Shown here piece by piece: positions 19,387 through 28,994 of a stretch of DNA of 36,914 nucleotides (within the stretch, counting starts at the first letter, position 1; each line of letters opens with the position of its first letter). Below the pieces are notes generated by a model, which did no database searches, was not told where the DNA came from, and was given only the letters and a program-made list of their open reading frames with translations. Source of the DNA: an uncultured Eubacterium sp. (GTDB lineage: Bacteria > Bacillota > Clostridia > Lachnospirales > Lachnospiraceae). The DNA is taken from assembly GCA_945648485.1 (NCBI GenBank), contig CALZFR010000001.1:1-36914 (forward strand), in the 5' to 3' direction. The position numbers and the translations under genes are program-made.

Positions 19387-19743
19387 ATGAGAGAAAAAGC
19401 TGTTTTAATTAATATGAATCAGAAAGATGTACAGGAAATATACAGATGCTGCAGCAGAATGGGTATTGGGGTGATTGTTGCAGATAATAGCCAGGACCAG
19501 CTTCTCCTGGAAAAACTGGCTGAATGTCCTTTCTATAAAGGTGGAACAGTAGGTGAAGCCTCGGGAAAGTCTGTGGTACTAATGTGTGATTTTACAGAAA
19601 AACATTTTGATAAGCTGCTGGATTATATCAAGCATTCTGATGTCCATGTGGATTTTAAGGCAGTTCTTACTCCTACGAACATGAAGTGGGACAGCCGTAA
19701 GCTGATAGCTCATATGGAATTTGAAAGTTTGCAGAAAAGATGA
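19387..19743 (+). CDS. DUF3783-like protein
   Basis: C-terminal KAVLTPTNMKW..L motif recognised as DUF3783. Start is 19387 or 19375. Confidence 0.7.
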   Translation: MREKAVLINMNQKDVQEIYRCCSRMGIGVIVADNSQDQLLLEKLAECPFYKGGTVGEASGKSVVLMCDFTEKHFDKLLDYIKHSDVHVDFKAVLTPTNMKWDSRKLIAHMEFESLQKR

Positions 19744-19847
19744 ATAATCTGTTAGTTGAAGTGGTTCACAATCTGGTGAAAATGTGGTATAATACTTTGG
19801 AATGTTTTGAAGAAACGTGATATTTTTTGAAAGACAGGAGAATGTTA

Positions 19848-20402
19848 ATGAAAGTTACTGCATTTTTGACAAATGGTTTTGAAACAGTGGAGGCTCTTGC
19901 AGTTATTGACATACTAAGAAGAGCTAAGGTTGACGTGGAGACTGTATCAATAACAGGGGATTTAGAGGTGAAAAGTGCACAGAATATTATTGTACATGCT
20001 GACAAGCTGTTTAGTGAAGTGGATTTAGAACAGTCAGATGTGCTCTTTTTACCAGGAGGACCGGGACATAAGTCATATATGGAATGTCCTGAGCTTCTTG
20101 AAGCTATTAAGTCACATAACGCTAAAGGAAAGCGGATTGCTGCCATATGTGCAGCACCAAGTATACTGGGAAGGCTTGGGATTCTTTCAGGCAGGAAGGC
20201 AATGTGTTTTCCTGGATTTGAGGAATATCTGCAGGATGCCCAGATTGTGGATGCTCCAGAGCGTGTAGTTACGGACGGTAATATAACAACTTCAAGAGGA
20301 ATGGGAACATCTGTTGATTTGGGACTGGAACTGGTTAAGCTGCTATGTGGACAGGACGTGGCAGATGCCCTTGGTAAATCAATTCAGTACATTTTAGTCT
20401 GA
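19848..20402 (+). CDS. DJ-1/PfpI (ThiJ/YajL) family protein
   Basis: GFETVEA, LPGG, catalytic AICAAP, TSRGMGT; AGGAG RBS. Confidence 0.92.
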   Translation: MKVTAFLTNGFETVEALAVIDILRRAKVDVETVSITGDLEVKSAQNIIVHADKLFSEVDLEQSDVLFLPGGPGHKSYMECPELLEAIKSHNAKGKRIAAICAAPSILGRLGILSGRKAMCFPGFEEYLQDAQIVDAPERVVTDGNITTSRGMGTSVDLGLELVKLLCGQDVADALGKSIQYILV

Positions 20403-20419
20403 TTTTTTGGGGATGTATA

Positions 20420-21541
20420 ATGGATAACGAGTATTTATATGAAGATACAGTGTATGGAGATATATCAGTGGAAGAGTCTGTGAGAAGACGACGGGAAAAG
20501 GCACGCAGATTGAAGAGACGCAGGGAAAAGCAGCTCTTACTTCTAAAAAGACGTATTATTGCGGCATGCTGTGGAATTGTTCTTCTTGGACTTCTGATTT
20601 TTGGAGCTGTTTCAGGCGTAAAGGCTATAAGGGATGTTATTGGCTCAAGGATAGCTGGTAATAAAGTGGATGAGGTGGCTGCCGGCAATGATGATGCATC
20701 AGCAGGGCAGCGTGATGTCTATAAAGTGAAATATGATTTTCCGGCATTTAGTAATAAATATACTGAGATAACAAGTTCATCAGTCAGAATTCCATATGTG
20801 GCGCTTCTTTCTGTTGAAGATAACATTATTATTGCTGGTCGTGAACCGGATTCCAAGATTTATCCTGCATCCATGACAAAGGTCATGACCTTGCTTGTTG
20901 CAGTGGAGAATATTGAAGACCTTGACAATTCATATTATACATTTAAATTTGATGAGCTTAACAAATTATATCTGGAAGAGGCGTCTGTAGCAGGTTATCT
21001 TGTGGATGAGAAGGTTTCAGCCAGGGATATGCTCTATGGTCTTGTTCTTCCGTCAGGTGCAGATGCTGCAGTAGGACTGGCGAATCTTGTAGCTGGTTCT
21101 GAGACGGAATTTGCCAAGCTTATGAATAAGAAGTGTGATGAGCTTGGACTTAAGAATACGCATTTTGAGAATACATCAGGACTGTATAATGATAACCAGT
21201 ACACAACACCGATTGAAATGGCAATTATTATGAGGGCTGCCATGGATAATCCGGTATGTGCAAAGGTTCTCTCAACCTATCAGTATGATTCAACACCTAC
21301 TGACAAGCATACGGAAGGCATTAAGCTTACCAGTACAATGTTCAGCAGAATGTATGGCAATGAAGTTGAGGGCGTTTCTATTCAGGCTGGCAAGACAGGA
21401 TATGTGTATGAGTCTGGACACTGTCTTGTGAATTATGCAGAGAAGGACGGAAAGCATTATGTCTGTGTGCTTGCCCAGGGAACTAACAAGTGGCACTGCA
21501 TATTTGATTCATTTGATATTTATACTAATTATCTTCCATAA
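20420..21541 (+). CDS. D-alanyl-D-alanine carboxypeptidase (peptidase S11), membrane-anchored
   Basis: PASMTK (SxxK), SGADA, KTG motifs; Arg-rich N-terminus followed by a TM helix. Confidence 0.9.
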   Translation: MDNEYLYEDTVYGDISVEESVRRRREKARRLKRRREKQLLLLKRRIIAACCGIVLLGLLIFGAVSGVKAIRDVIGSRIAGNKVDEVAAGNDDASAGQRDVYKVKYDFPAFSNKYTEITSSSVRIPYVALLSVEDNIIIAGREPDSKIYPASMTKVMTLLVAVENIEDLDNSYYTFKFDELNKLYLEEASVAGYLVDEKVSARDMLYGLVLPSGADAAVGLANLVAGSETEFAKLMNKKCDELGLKNTHFENTSGLYNDNQYTTPIEMAIIMRAAMDNPVCAKVLSTYQYDSTPTDKHTEGIKLTSTMFSRMYGNEVEGVSIQAGKTGYVYESGHCLVNYAEKDGKHYVCVLAQGTNKWHCIFDSFDIYTNYLP

Positions 21542-21560
21542 CTGCTCCATTAATTTCCAT

Positions 21561-21590
21561 TCATATTAATTGTGGGTAGTGCTCATAATA
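21561..21590 (+). promoter_or_regulatory. Putative forespore sigma-G-type promoter of the SASP gene
   Basis: TCATA-18 bp-CATAATA, compared with the sigma-G consensus GNATR-18-CATNNTA (one mismatch at -35); fits a SASP gene. Confidence 0.55.
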
Positions 21591-21692
21591 ACAACAGAAC
21601 AGCTGATGAAGCCGGCTGATACAGGGAGAGGAATCCAACGCCGGATTTAACGCTTTGCTGTTCTATTATGAAAAAGAATGGAGATGGTTTTA

Positions 21693-21911
21693 ATGTCAAA
21701 TTCAAGTTCAAGTTCAAGCAGTTCAAAGACTAAGAAAGAGGCACAGAGCGCTCTTGACAGATTCAAGATGGAGGTTGCTTCTGAGATCGGTGTTAACTTA
21801 AAGGAAGGTTACAATGGTGACCTTACTTCTGCAGAGGCAGGTTCTGTAGGTGGTAACATGGTTAAGAAGATGATCAGAAAGCAGGAGGAGCAGATGAGCT
21901 CAGGTAACTAG
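21693..21911 (+). CDS. Alpha/beta-type small acid-soluble spore protein (SASP)
   Basis: ALDRFKMEVASEIGV (GPR cleavage-site region) and LTSAEAGSVGGNMVKKMI; start after the GGAG RBS. Confidence 0.93.
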   Translation: MSNSSSSSSSSKTKKEAQSALDRFKMEVASEIGVNLKEGYNGDLTSAEAGSVGGNMVKKMIRKQEEQMSSGN

Positions 21912-21955
21912 TCGTTGCCGGTATATTTGCTTATAGCTGATTGTTAATTATGAAG

Positions 21956-21994
21956 GAAAGCAGACTGACGTAAGGGCGGTCTGCTTTCTTTTTT
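21956..21994 (+). terminator. Intrinsic terminator after the SASP gene
   Basis: GAAAGCAGAC / GTCTGCTTTC stem plus T6. Confidence 0.85.
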
Positions 21995-22026
21995 ACATAT
22001 CTTTAATTAATTTTTTGTAAAAAAGG

Positions 22027-22056
22027 TTGGCAATATGTTTGTTTATATGCTATAAT
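22027..22056 (+). promoter_or_regulatory. Putative sigma-A promoter of the tig-clpP-clpX-lon cluster
   Basis: TTGGCA-18 bp-TATAAT with extended -10 TGc. Confidence 0.65.
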
Positions 22057-22122
22057 CTACGTCGTATGTACGTTGTGAAGGTGTATGCACCCTTTGCATA
22101 GATGGAAATTGGAGGAATTATT

Positions 22123-23412
22123 ATGAGTTTCAAAGTTGAACAGTTAGAAGAAAAGAATATGGTTAAGCTTGTTATTGAGGCTACTGCTGAGGAGTTTGAG
22201 GCAGGTCTTAATACTGCATATAATAAGAGCAAGAGCAAGATTAATGTGCCTGGATTTAGAAAGGGTAAAGCTCCTCGTAAGATTATTGAGCAGCTCTACG
22301 GACAGGAAGTATTCTTTGAGGATGCTGCTAACGCAATTATTCCTGATGCTTATGCAAAGGCGTGTATCGAGAGTGAACTTGATATTGTTTCACAGCCTAA
22401 GATTTCTGTAACACAGTTAGAGAAGGGCAAGCCATTCGTATTTGAGGCAGAGGTTGCCGTAAGACCAGAGGTTGAGCTTGGTAATTACAAGGGAGTTGAG
22501 GTATCTAAGGTTGATACAGAGGCTACAGATGCTGATGTTGAGGAAGAGATTAAGAAGGTTGCAGAGCAGAATTCAAGAACAATAACTGTTGAAGACAGAG
22601 CTGTTAAAGATGGCGATATGACAGTAATTGACTTTGAGGGATTCATTGATGGCGAAGCTTTTGAAGGTGGTAAGGGCGAGAATTATCCTCTTACAATTGG
22701 CTCTCATTCATTTATTGATAACTTCGAGGATCAGATTATCGGTATGAATATCGGAGATGAGAAGGAGATTAACGTAACTTTCCCAGAAGATTACCATGCA
22801 GAAGAGTTAAAGGGCAAGCCAGCTACATTTAAGGTTTCAGTTAAGGAAATCAAGGAGAAGCAGCTTCCTGATATTGATGATGATTTTGCACAGGATGTAT
22901 CTGATTTCGATACACTTGATGAGTATAAGGCAGATCTTAAGAAGAAGATAGCAGAACGCAAGGAAGCAGAAGCAAAGAAACAGAAAGAGACAGAGGCTAT
23001 TGAAAAGATCGTTGCAGATTCTAAGATGGATATTCCACAGGCTATGATTGATACACAGGTTACAAGAATGGCTGAGGATTTCGCTCAGAGATTACAGCAG
23101 CAGGGTCTTTCATTAGAGATGTATTTTAAGTACACAGGACTTACAGCAGAGAAGATTCTTGATGACATGAAGCCAGAGGCAGTTAAGAGAATTCAGAACA
23201 GCCTTGTTCTTGAGGCAGTTGCTAAGGCTGAGAACATCCAGGTATCTGACGATGAGTTTAATGCTGAACTTTCAAAGATGGCTGAGATGTATAAGATGGA
23301 AGTAGATAAGATTAAGGAGTTCATGGGTGAGAGCGAAGAGAAGCAGATGAGAGACGATATCGCAATCCAGAAGGCTGTTGACTTAATCGTTTCCAGTGCT
23401 GTTGAGAAGTAA
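22123..23412 (+). CDS. tig: Trigger factor
   Basis: Ribosome-binding GFRKGKAP; FKBP domain IDFEGFIDGEAFEGG..FPEDYHAEELKGK; GGAGG RBS. Confidence 0.97.
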   Translation: MSFKVEQLEEKNMVKLVIEATAEEFEAGLNTAYNKSKSKINVPGFRKGKAPRKIIEQLYGQEVFFEDAANAIIPDAYAKACIESELDIVSQPKISVTQLEKGKPFVFEAEVAVRPEVELGNYKGVEVSKVDTEATDADVEEEIKKVAEQNSRTITVEDRAVKDGDMTVIDFEGFIDGEAFEGGKGENYPLTIGSHSFIDNFEDQIIGMNIGDEKEINVTFPEDYHAEELKGKPATFKVSVKEIKEKQLPDIDDDFAQDVSDFDTLDEYKADLKKKIAERKEAEAKKQKETEAIEKIVADSKMDIPQAMIDTQVTRMAEDFAQRLQQQGLSLEMYFKYTGLTAEKILDDMKPEAVKRIQNSLVLEAVAKAENIQVSDDEFNAELSKMAEMYKMEVDKIKEFMGESEEKQMRDDIAIQKAVDLIVSSAVEK

Positions 23413-23433
23413 TTATTTTAATACAGTTACAAA

Positions 23434-23459
23434 TCTGTGCCCTGCACACAGGGTGCAGA
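23434..23459 (+). terminator. Intergenic stem-loop (weak terminator or mRNA stabiliser) between tig and clpP
   Basis: TCTGTGCCCTG-CACA-CAGGGTGCAGA, an 11-bp stem with 2 G-U pairs and a poor U tract. Confidence 0.5.
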
Positions 23460-23498
23460 CTTATGGTTATTAATGTGTGCAGGAAAGAGGGATAATAT

Positions 23499-24080
23499 AT
23501 GAGTTTAGTACCTTACGTTGTTGAACAGACCAGCCGTGGAGAGAGAAACTATGACATATATTCACGACTTTTAAAGGACAGAATAGTTTTTCTTGGTGAA
23601 GAGGTTACAGATGTATCAGCTAATATAGTTGTTGCACAGCTTCTTTTCCTTGAGGCTGAGGATCCTGGCAAGGATATACATCTGTATATTAACAGTCCAG
23701 GTGGTTCAGTTTCAGCAGGCTTCGCTATATACGACACAATGCAGTATATTAAGTGTGATGTATCAACTATCTGTATGGGAATGGCAGCCAGCATGGGAGC
23801 TTTCCTTCTTGCAGGTGGTGCCAAGGGTAAGAGAATGGCACTTCCTAATGCAGAGATTATGATTCATCAGCCTTCAGGCGGAGCAAAGGGTCAGGAGACT
23901 GAGATTCGTATTGTTGCTGAGAACATTTTAAAGACCAGAAATAAATTAAATGAAATTCTTGCTGCTAATACTGGTAAATCAGTAGAGGAAATTGCTCGTG
24001 ATACAGAGCGTGATAACTATATGACAGCGAAAGAAGCGCTTGAGTATGGTTTGATTGACAGCATAGTTGAGAAGAGATAA
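23499..24080 (+). CDS. clpP: ATP-dependent Clp protease proteolytic subunit
   Basis: [19 protein letters not shown], catalytic AASMG, HQP, ERD. Confidence 0.98.
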   Translation: MSLVPYVVEQTSRGERNYDIYSRLLKDRIVFLGEEVTDVSANIVVAQLLFLEAEDPGKDIHLYINSPGGSVSAGFAIYDTMQYIKCDVSTICMGMAASMGAFLLAGGAKGKRMALPNAEIMIHQPSGGAKGQETEIRIVAENILKTRNKLNEILAANTGKSVEEIARDTERDNYMTAKEALEYGLIDSIVEKR

Positions 24081-24089
24081 TTTTTATTA

Positions 24090-24124
24090 GGCTGTCACTA
24101 CTGTGTTAGTGGCAGCCGATTTTA
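24090..24124 (+). terminator. Intergenic stem-loop or partial terminator between clpP and clpX
   Basis: GGCTGTCACTA / TAGTGGCAGCC followed by GATTTTT. Confidence 0.5.
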
Positions 24125-24138
24125 GAAAGTAGGTATAT

Positions 24139-25404
24139 ATGGCAGGAAAGATCAATGATGAGAAGTTAAAATGCTCATTTTGTAATAAGCCTCAGGATAA
24201 GGTTAAGAAGCTTATTGCCGGAGCTAATGGTGCTTACATCTGTGATGAATGTGTAGCAATATGCAGTGAAATTCTTGATGAGGAATTCCTTATGGATGAT
24301 GATGTGGCAGAGGAGCCACAGCTTGATATCAACCTTCTTAAACCAAAGGAAATAAAAGAATTCTTAGACGAGTATGTAGTTGGACAGGATGAAGCCAAGA
24401 AGGTTCTGTCAGTTGCGGTTTATAACCATTATAAGAGAATATTATCAGGCAAGAAGGTGGATGTTGAACTTCAGAAGAGCAACATTCTTATGCTTGGACC
24501 TACTGGATCAGGTAAGACATTCCTTGCACAGAATCTTGCCAGAATTCTGAATGTTCCATTTGCGATTGCAGATGCTACTACACTGACTGAAGCAGGATAT
24601 GTAGGTGAGGATGTAGAGAATATTCTTTTGAAGGTTATTCAGGCCGCGGATTATGATGTGGAAAAAGCTCAGTATGGCATTGTCTATATCGATGAGATAG
24701 ATAAGATTACCAAGAAGTCAGAGAATGTATCAATTACAAGAGATGTTTCTGGTGAAGGTGTACAGCAGGCGCTCCTTAAGATATTAGAAGGAACAGTTGC
24801 ATCTGTTCCACCACAGGGAGGCAGAAAGCACCCACAGCAGGAGCTTATTCCAATTGATACAACTAATATTCTGTTTATATGTGGAGGCGCATTTGACGGA
24901 CTGGAAAAGATAATTGAGTCCCGTATGGATAAGAGTTCTATAGGATTCAATGCCCAGGTTAAAGAGAAGAAAGATGCAGATGTGGGAGAGATGTTTGCCC
25001 AGGTTCTGCCTGAAGATTTCATTAAATTCGGACTTATACCTGAATTCGTGGGAAGAGTTCCAGTTGTTGTATCTTTGGATTCTCTTGATGAGGAGGCGCT
25101 GGTGCGTATTCTGAAGGAGCCTAAGAATGCTATTATCAAGCAGTATAAGGCATTGTTCTCTCTGGATGAAGTTGAACTTGAATTCACAGATGATGCTCTT
25201 GTGGAGGTGGCAAAGAAGAGCCTTGCCAGAAAGACAGGAGCCAGAGGATTGAGGTCTATCTTAGAGAAGGTAATGAATGATGTAATGTACAGAATTCCTT
25301 CTGATGATACCATAGCCAAATGTATCATTACAAAAGAGGCAGTGGATGGTGAAGCAAAGCCATTGATTGAGTATAGAACAGATGTGGTAAAGAAAGCCCA
25401 GTAA
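24139..25404 (+). CDS. clpX: ATP-dependent Clp protease ATP-binding subunit ClpX
   Basis: C4 zinc finger [20 protein letters not shown] pore loop, RKH loop, IGF loop. Confidence 0.98.
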   Translation: MAGKINDEKLKCSFCNKPQDKVKKLIAGANGAYICDECVAICSEILDEEFLMDDDVAEEPQLDINLLKPKEIKEFLDEYVVGQDEAKKVLSVAVYNHYKRILSGKKVDVELQKSNILMLGPTGSGKTFLAQNLARILNVPFAIADATTLTEAGYVGEDVENILLKVIQAADYDVEKAQYGIVYIDEIDKITKKSENVSITRDVSGEGVQQALLKILEGTVASVPPQGGRKHPQQELIPIDTTNILFICGGAFDGLEKIIESRMDKSSIGFNAQVKEKKDADVGEMFAQVLPEDFIKFGLIPEFVGRVPVVVSLDSLDEEALVRILKEPKNAIIKQYKALFSLDEVELEFTDDALVEVAKKSLARKTGARGLRSILEKVMNDVMYRIPSDDTIAKCIITKEAVDGEAKPLIEYRTDVVKKAQ

Positions 25405-25437
25405 TGTATATAATTTCGTATAGGAATGGAGATTAGT

Positions 25438-27774
25438 ATGAATATATTAATTTTACCTGCTATAGCGTTAAGAAGTATGACCGTGTTACCTGACATGGTC
25501 ATACATTTTGATATAAGCAGAGAATCATCCATTAAGGCATTGGAAAAGGCTTTATCAGCCGGTGAACAGAGAATATTTCTTACTGCCCAGACTGATCCTG
25601 AGATAGCTGACCCAACTCCTGATGATTTGTACAAAACAGGAACAGTTGCTGTGATAACCCAGGTGTTCAAGCTGCCTGACAATGTTTTCAGAGTACAGGT
25701 TGAGGGAAAGAAGAAGGCTATTGCCCAGTATATAGGGGATACGGAGGCAGGACTTGCTGCTAATATTGAGGTCTGTGACACATGGATTGAACCGGCAGAT
25801 GATTATACGTCTAAAGCCATGGTTTCAGGATTAAGAGAGGTTATAAGAAAGATTAGCATAGCCAATCCTAATCTTGGTAAGGATATGCTTAAAAAATGGA
25901 TGGATATTGATAAAGCAGATGTTCTTATTAAGAGAATGATTATTGATTATCCTATGCTTAACCAGAACAAGCAGCATTTTCTGGAACTTGACAATATAGA
26001 AGAATGCTATGAGGATCTGGTCAGATATATCCTTGAAGAACTGAATATATATCAGATTAAGGATGAGCTGACCAAGAAGGTTAAGGAGAGAGTTGATAAG
26101 AACCAGAAGGATTACATCATAAGGGAACAGCTTAAGGTGCTTAATGATGAGTTGAATGGCAGTTCTGATATATCAGAAGCAGATGAATACATTAATCAGC
26201 TGGAAAAACTTAATGCATCCTCTGAGATTAAGGAGAGCATAAGAAAGGAAATCAAGCGTTTCCGTTCAGTGACACAGGGCTCATCAGAGGCTAATGTGGA
26301 GCGTGGATACATTGAGACACTTCTTTCTCTTCCATGGGATAATTGCAGCCAGGATAACAAGGATATAGATAATGCAAGAATTATCCTTGATAGAGACCAC
26401 TACGGAATGAAAGAGATTAAGGAAAGAATACTTGAGACTCTTGCCGTGCGTAACGTAACAGAAGCTGGTAATGCGCCTGTTATATGTCTTGTTGGTCCTC
26501 CTGGAACAGGTAAGACCAGTATAGCAAGAAGCGTGGCAGATGCACTTGAGAGACAATATGTAAGAGTGTGTCTGGGTGGTGTCAGGGATGAGGCAGAAAT
26601 CCGTGGGCACAGGAAAACCTATGTTGGAGCCATGCCTGGAAGAATTATTGACGGAATTAAGAAAGCAGGAGTTAAGAATCCTGTCATGGTTCTTGATGAG
26701 ATAGACAAGGTCAGCAATGATTATCGTTCAGATACATCAGCAGCTTTGCTGGAGGTTCTTGATACAGAGCAGAACAACCGGTTTATAGATCATTATGTTG
26801 AACTGCCTACAGACCTTTCCCAGATTCTGTTTATAGCAACGGCTAATGATTTGTCGGGTGTAAGTAAGCCTTTACTTGACAGAATGGAGATAATAGAGGT
26901 TAACAGCTATACCAAGAATGAAAAAATGCATATTGCTAAGGAACATCTTGTTGCAAAGCAGATTAAGAAAAACGGACTGACCAGGGCAGATATTAAATTC
27001 ACAGACAGAGCATTGTCAGACATAATTGACTGCTATACAAGAGAAGCAGGGGTACGTAATCTTGAACGCCAGATTGCAAAGGTATGCAGAAAGGTTGTTG
27101 TAAGTCAGTATCACGATGGGAAGATAGACCATGGCGCTGTGACAGTTTCTATAACAGGAAAGAATCTGTCAGATTACCTTGGCAAGAAGAAATATCATCC
27201 AGATAAGGTAAATAAACATGATGAGGCAGGTATTGTCCGTGGACTGGCCTGGACATCAGCAGGTGGTGATACCCTTGAGATTGAGGTCAACACAATGCCA
27301 GGTAAGGATTCGCTGATTCTTACAGGACAGATGGGAGACGTTATGAAGGAGTCGGCAAGGATTGCCCTTACATACGTCCAGTCAGTGGTAAGTAAAGCAC
27401 CTTACAAGGTATCCCAGAAGTTTTTTGACGATAATGTTGTACATATACATATCCCAGAAGGGGCAGTTCCAAAAGATGGCCCTTCAGCTGGAGTTACAAT
27501 GTCAACAGCTATTCTTTCGGCAGTGACAGGAATTCCTGTGCGTTCAGATGTGGCAATGACAGGAGAAGTTACCCTGAGAGGAAGAGTTCTCCCTATAGGA
27601 GGGCTCAAGGAAAAACTTCTTGCAGCCAAAACAGCAGGTGTTAAGACGGTAATAGTTCCGGAAGAAAACAGACCTGATGTGGAAGAGTTTGATGAAGAGA
27701 TAACAGGAGGACTTTCTGTTATCTATGCACAGGACATGAAACAGGTACTTGCCTGCGCGCTTGTATCAAAGTGA
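25438..27774 (+). CDS. lon: Lon protease (endopeptidase La)
   Basis: GPPGTGKT, GHRKTYVGAMPG, DEIDK, catalytic PKDGPSAG and IGGLKEK. Start is 25438 or 25426. Confidence 0.97.
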   Translation: MNILILPAIALRSMTVLPDMVIHFDISRESSIKALEKALSAGEQRIFLTAQTDPEIADPTPDDLYKTGTVAVITQVFKLPDNVFRVQVEGKKKAIAQYIGDTEAGLAANIEVCDTWIEPADDYTSKAMVSGLREVIRKISIANPNLGKDMLKKWMDIDKADVLIKRMIIDYPMLNQNKQHFLELDNIEECYEDLVRYILEELNIYQIKDELTKKVKERVDKNQKDYIIREQLKVLNDELNGSSDISEADEYINQLEKLNASSEIKESIRKEIKRFRSVTQGSSEANVERGYIETLLSLPWDNCSQDNKDIDNARIILDRDHYGMKEIKERILETLAVRNVTEAGNAPVICLVGPPGTGKTSIARSVADALERQYVRVCLGGVRDEAEIRGHRKTYVGAMPGRIIDGIKKAGVKNPVMVLDEIDKVSNDYRSDTSAALLEVLDTEQNNRFIDHYVELPTDLSQILFIATANDLSGVSKPLLDRMEIIEVNSYTKNEKMHIAKEHLVAKQIKKNGLTRADIKFTDRALSDIIDCYTREAGVRNLERQIAKVCRKVVVSQYHDGKIDHGAVTVSITGKNLSDYLGKKKYHPDKVNKHDEAGIVRGLAWTSAGGDTLEIEVNTMPGKDSLILTGQMGDVMKESARIALTYVQSVVSKAPYKVSQKFFDDNVVHIHIPEGAVPKDGPSAGVTMSTAILSAVTGIPVRSDVAMTGEVTLRGRVLPIGGLKEKLLAAKTAGVKTVIVPEENRPDVEEFDEEITGGLSVIYAQDMKQVLACALVSK

Positions 27775-27886
27775 TTAATCATGATGCATAAAAATTTTCT
27801 GACACTGGGGTGTAAATTAAAGATATGATTAGAACATTTTATTAACATAAAAGCATCAGCCATGGGCTGGGCAGAAGGGTGGAGCA

Positions 27887-28471
27887 ATGGTTATTAAAAA
27901 AGTAAATCTGGATATTGTAATAGGAGTTACCAGCAAGGTTCCAGAAACAGAATATCCAGAGGTGGCATTTGCAGGTAAATCAAATGTTGGAAAGTCATCG
28001 CTTATCAACGCCCTTATGAACCGCAAATCATATGCAAGAACATCAAGCCAGCCTGGTAAGACACAGACTATTAATTATTACAACATTAATGATGCCATGC
28101 TTCTCGTGGATCTGCCAGGCTATGGCTATGCTAATGTAAGTCCTTCTGTTAAGGAAAAATGGGGAAAGATGGTGGAGAGATACCTTAAGCAGTCAAAGCA
28201 GCTTAAACAGGTATTCCTGCTTATAGACATCCGTCACGACCCGTCTGCTAATGATAAGATGATGTATGACTGGATTGTAGCTAACGGATACCGCCCGGTA
28301 ATTATTGCCACCAAGCTTGACAAGATTAAGAGAAGCCAGCAGGACAAGCAGGTTAAGACAATCAAAACAGGATTAGGTCTTAAACCAGAAGATATAATAA
28401 TTCCAGTTTCATCAGAAACTAAGCAGAATATAGATAAGCTCTGGGAAGTGGTGGAAGGATATATCTCCTGA
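27887..28471 (+). CDS. engB: Ribosome biogenesis GTPase YsxC/YihA/EngB
   Basis: GKSNVGKSS, PGKT, DLPGYG, TKLDK; canonical position after lon. Confidence 0.96.
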   Translation: MVIKKVNLDIVIGVTSKVPETEYPEVAFAGKSNVGKSSLINALMNRKSYARTSSQPGKTQTINYYNINDAMLLVDLPGYGYANVSPSVKEKWGKMVERYLKQSKQLKQVFLLIDIRHDPSANDKMMYDWIVANGYRPVIIATKLDKIKRSQQDKQVKTIKTGLGLKPEDIIIPVSSETKQNIDKLWEVVEGYIS

Positions 28472-28478
28472 AATAAAG

Positions 28479-28994
28479 TTACATCATTTTATGCATGATG
28501 AAATCATATATGTCCTGGCTGGCGTCCTTCCAGTTGGAGCACATCTTGTCTGCAATATCTTCGGAAGGAACAGATACATTAATCTCTATAAGAGTTGATT
28601 CTCCCTCTTTTACCTGACAGTGGACAGTGTATTCGCCATTAGTGTTTTTGTAGTAGTCTGCTGTTGTTCCGGCTTCACTTTTTAATTCATATTTGTTGGC
28701 TTTGATATAATTGTCAATATCATCCCTGATACTCTGGGATATCTTAGTATAGAAGAATCCAATAGTCTCCGTGCCCTCAGAGGTAAGCTTGTACTGTGTG
28801 CTGTTCCTGTAGGTAACTACTGAAAGAAAACCATCAGAAACAAGAGAGTTAATGACTTCCTGAAGAGTGAAATAATTAGTGAACTGGTTCTCAAGCATGA
28901 ATTCAGAAATCTGGCTGTTGGAAAGCGGAAAATTTACCTTGTTAAGCATGTACATTATCATTAGCTTGTAAAGTGTTATTGAATCAGTGTTCAT
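28479..28994 (-). CDS. DUF4364-family protein (winged-helix-like N-terminus)
   Basis: YKLMIMYML..PLSNSQI..NYFTLQ..YKLT.EG pattern; start overlaps the upstream stop (ATGA). Confidence 0.75.
   Translation of the reverse strand: MNTDSITLYKLMIMYMLNKVNFPLSNSQISEFMLENQFTNYFTLQEVINSLVSDGFLSVVTYRNSTQYKLTSEGTETIGFFYTKISQSIRDDIDNYIKANKYELKSEAGTTADYYKNTNGEYTVHCQVKEGESTLIEINVSVPSEDIADKMCSNWKDASQDIYDFIMHKMM

Noticed and set aside
20480-20556. Arg-rich N-terminal stretch of the DD-carboxypeptidase
   Set aside because: A cytoplasmic positive-inside segment before a TM anchor; to my knowledge common in clostridial cell-wall enzymes
21603-21650. CTGATGA suggesting a hammerhead ribozyme
   Set aside because: No GAAA core segment after stem II and no compatible cleavage-site arrangement
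24684-25781. 365-aa minus-strand ORF across clpX and lon
   Set aside because: Antisense shadow of conserved genes; Ser/Phe/Ile-rich composition typical of reverse-frame codon bias; no recognisable motif
22123-28471. tig-clpP-clpX-lon-engB cluster as a novel system
   Set aside because: Well-known conserved housekeeping gene order
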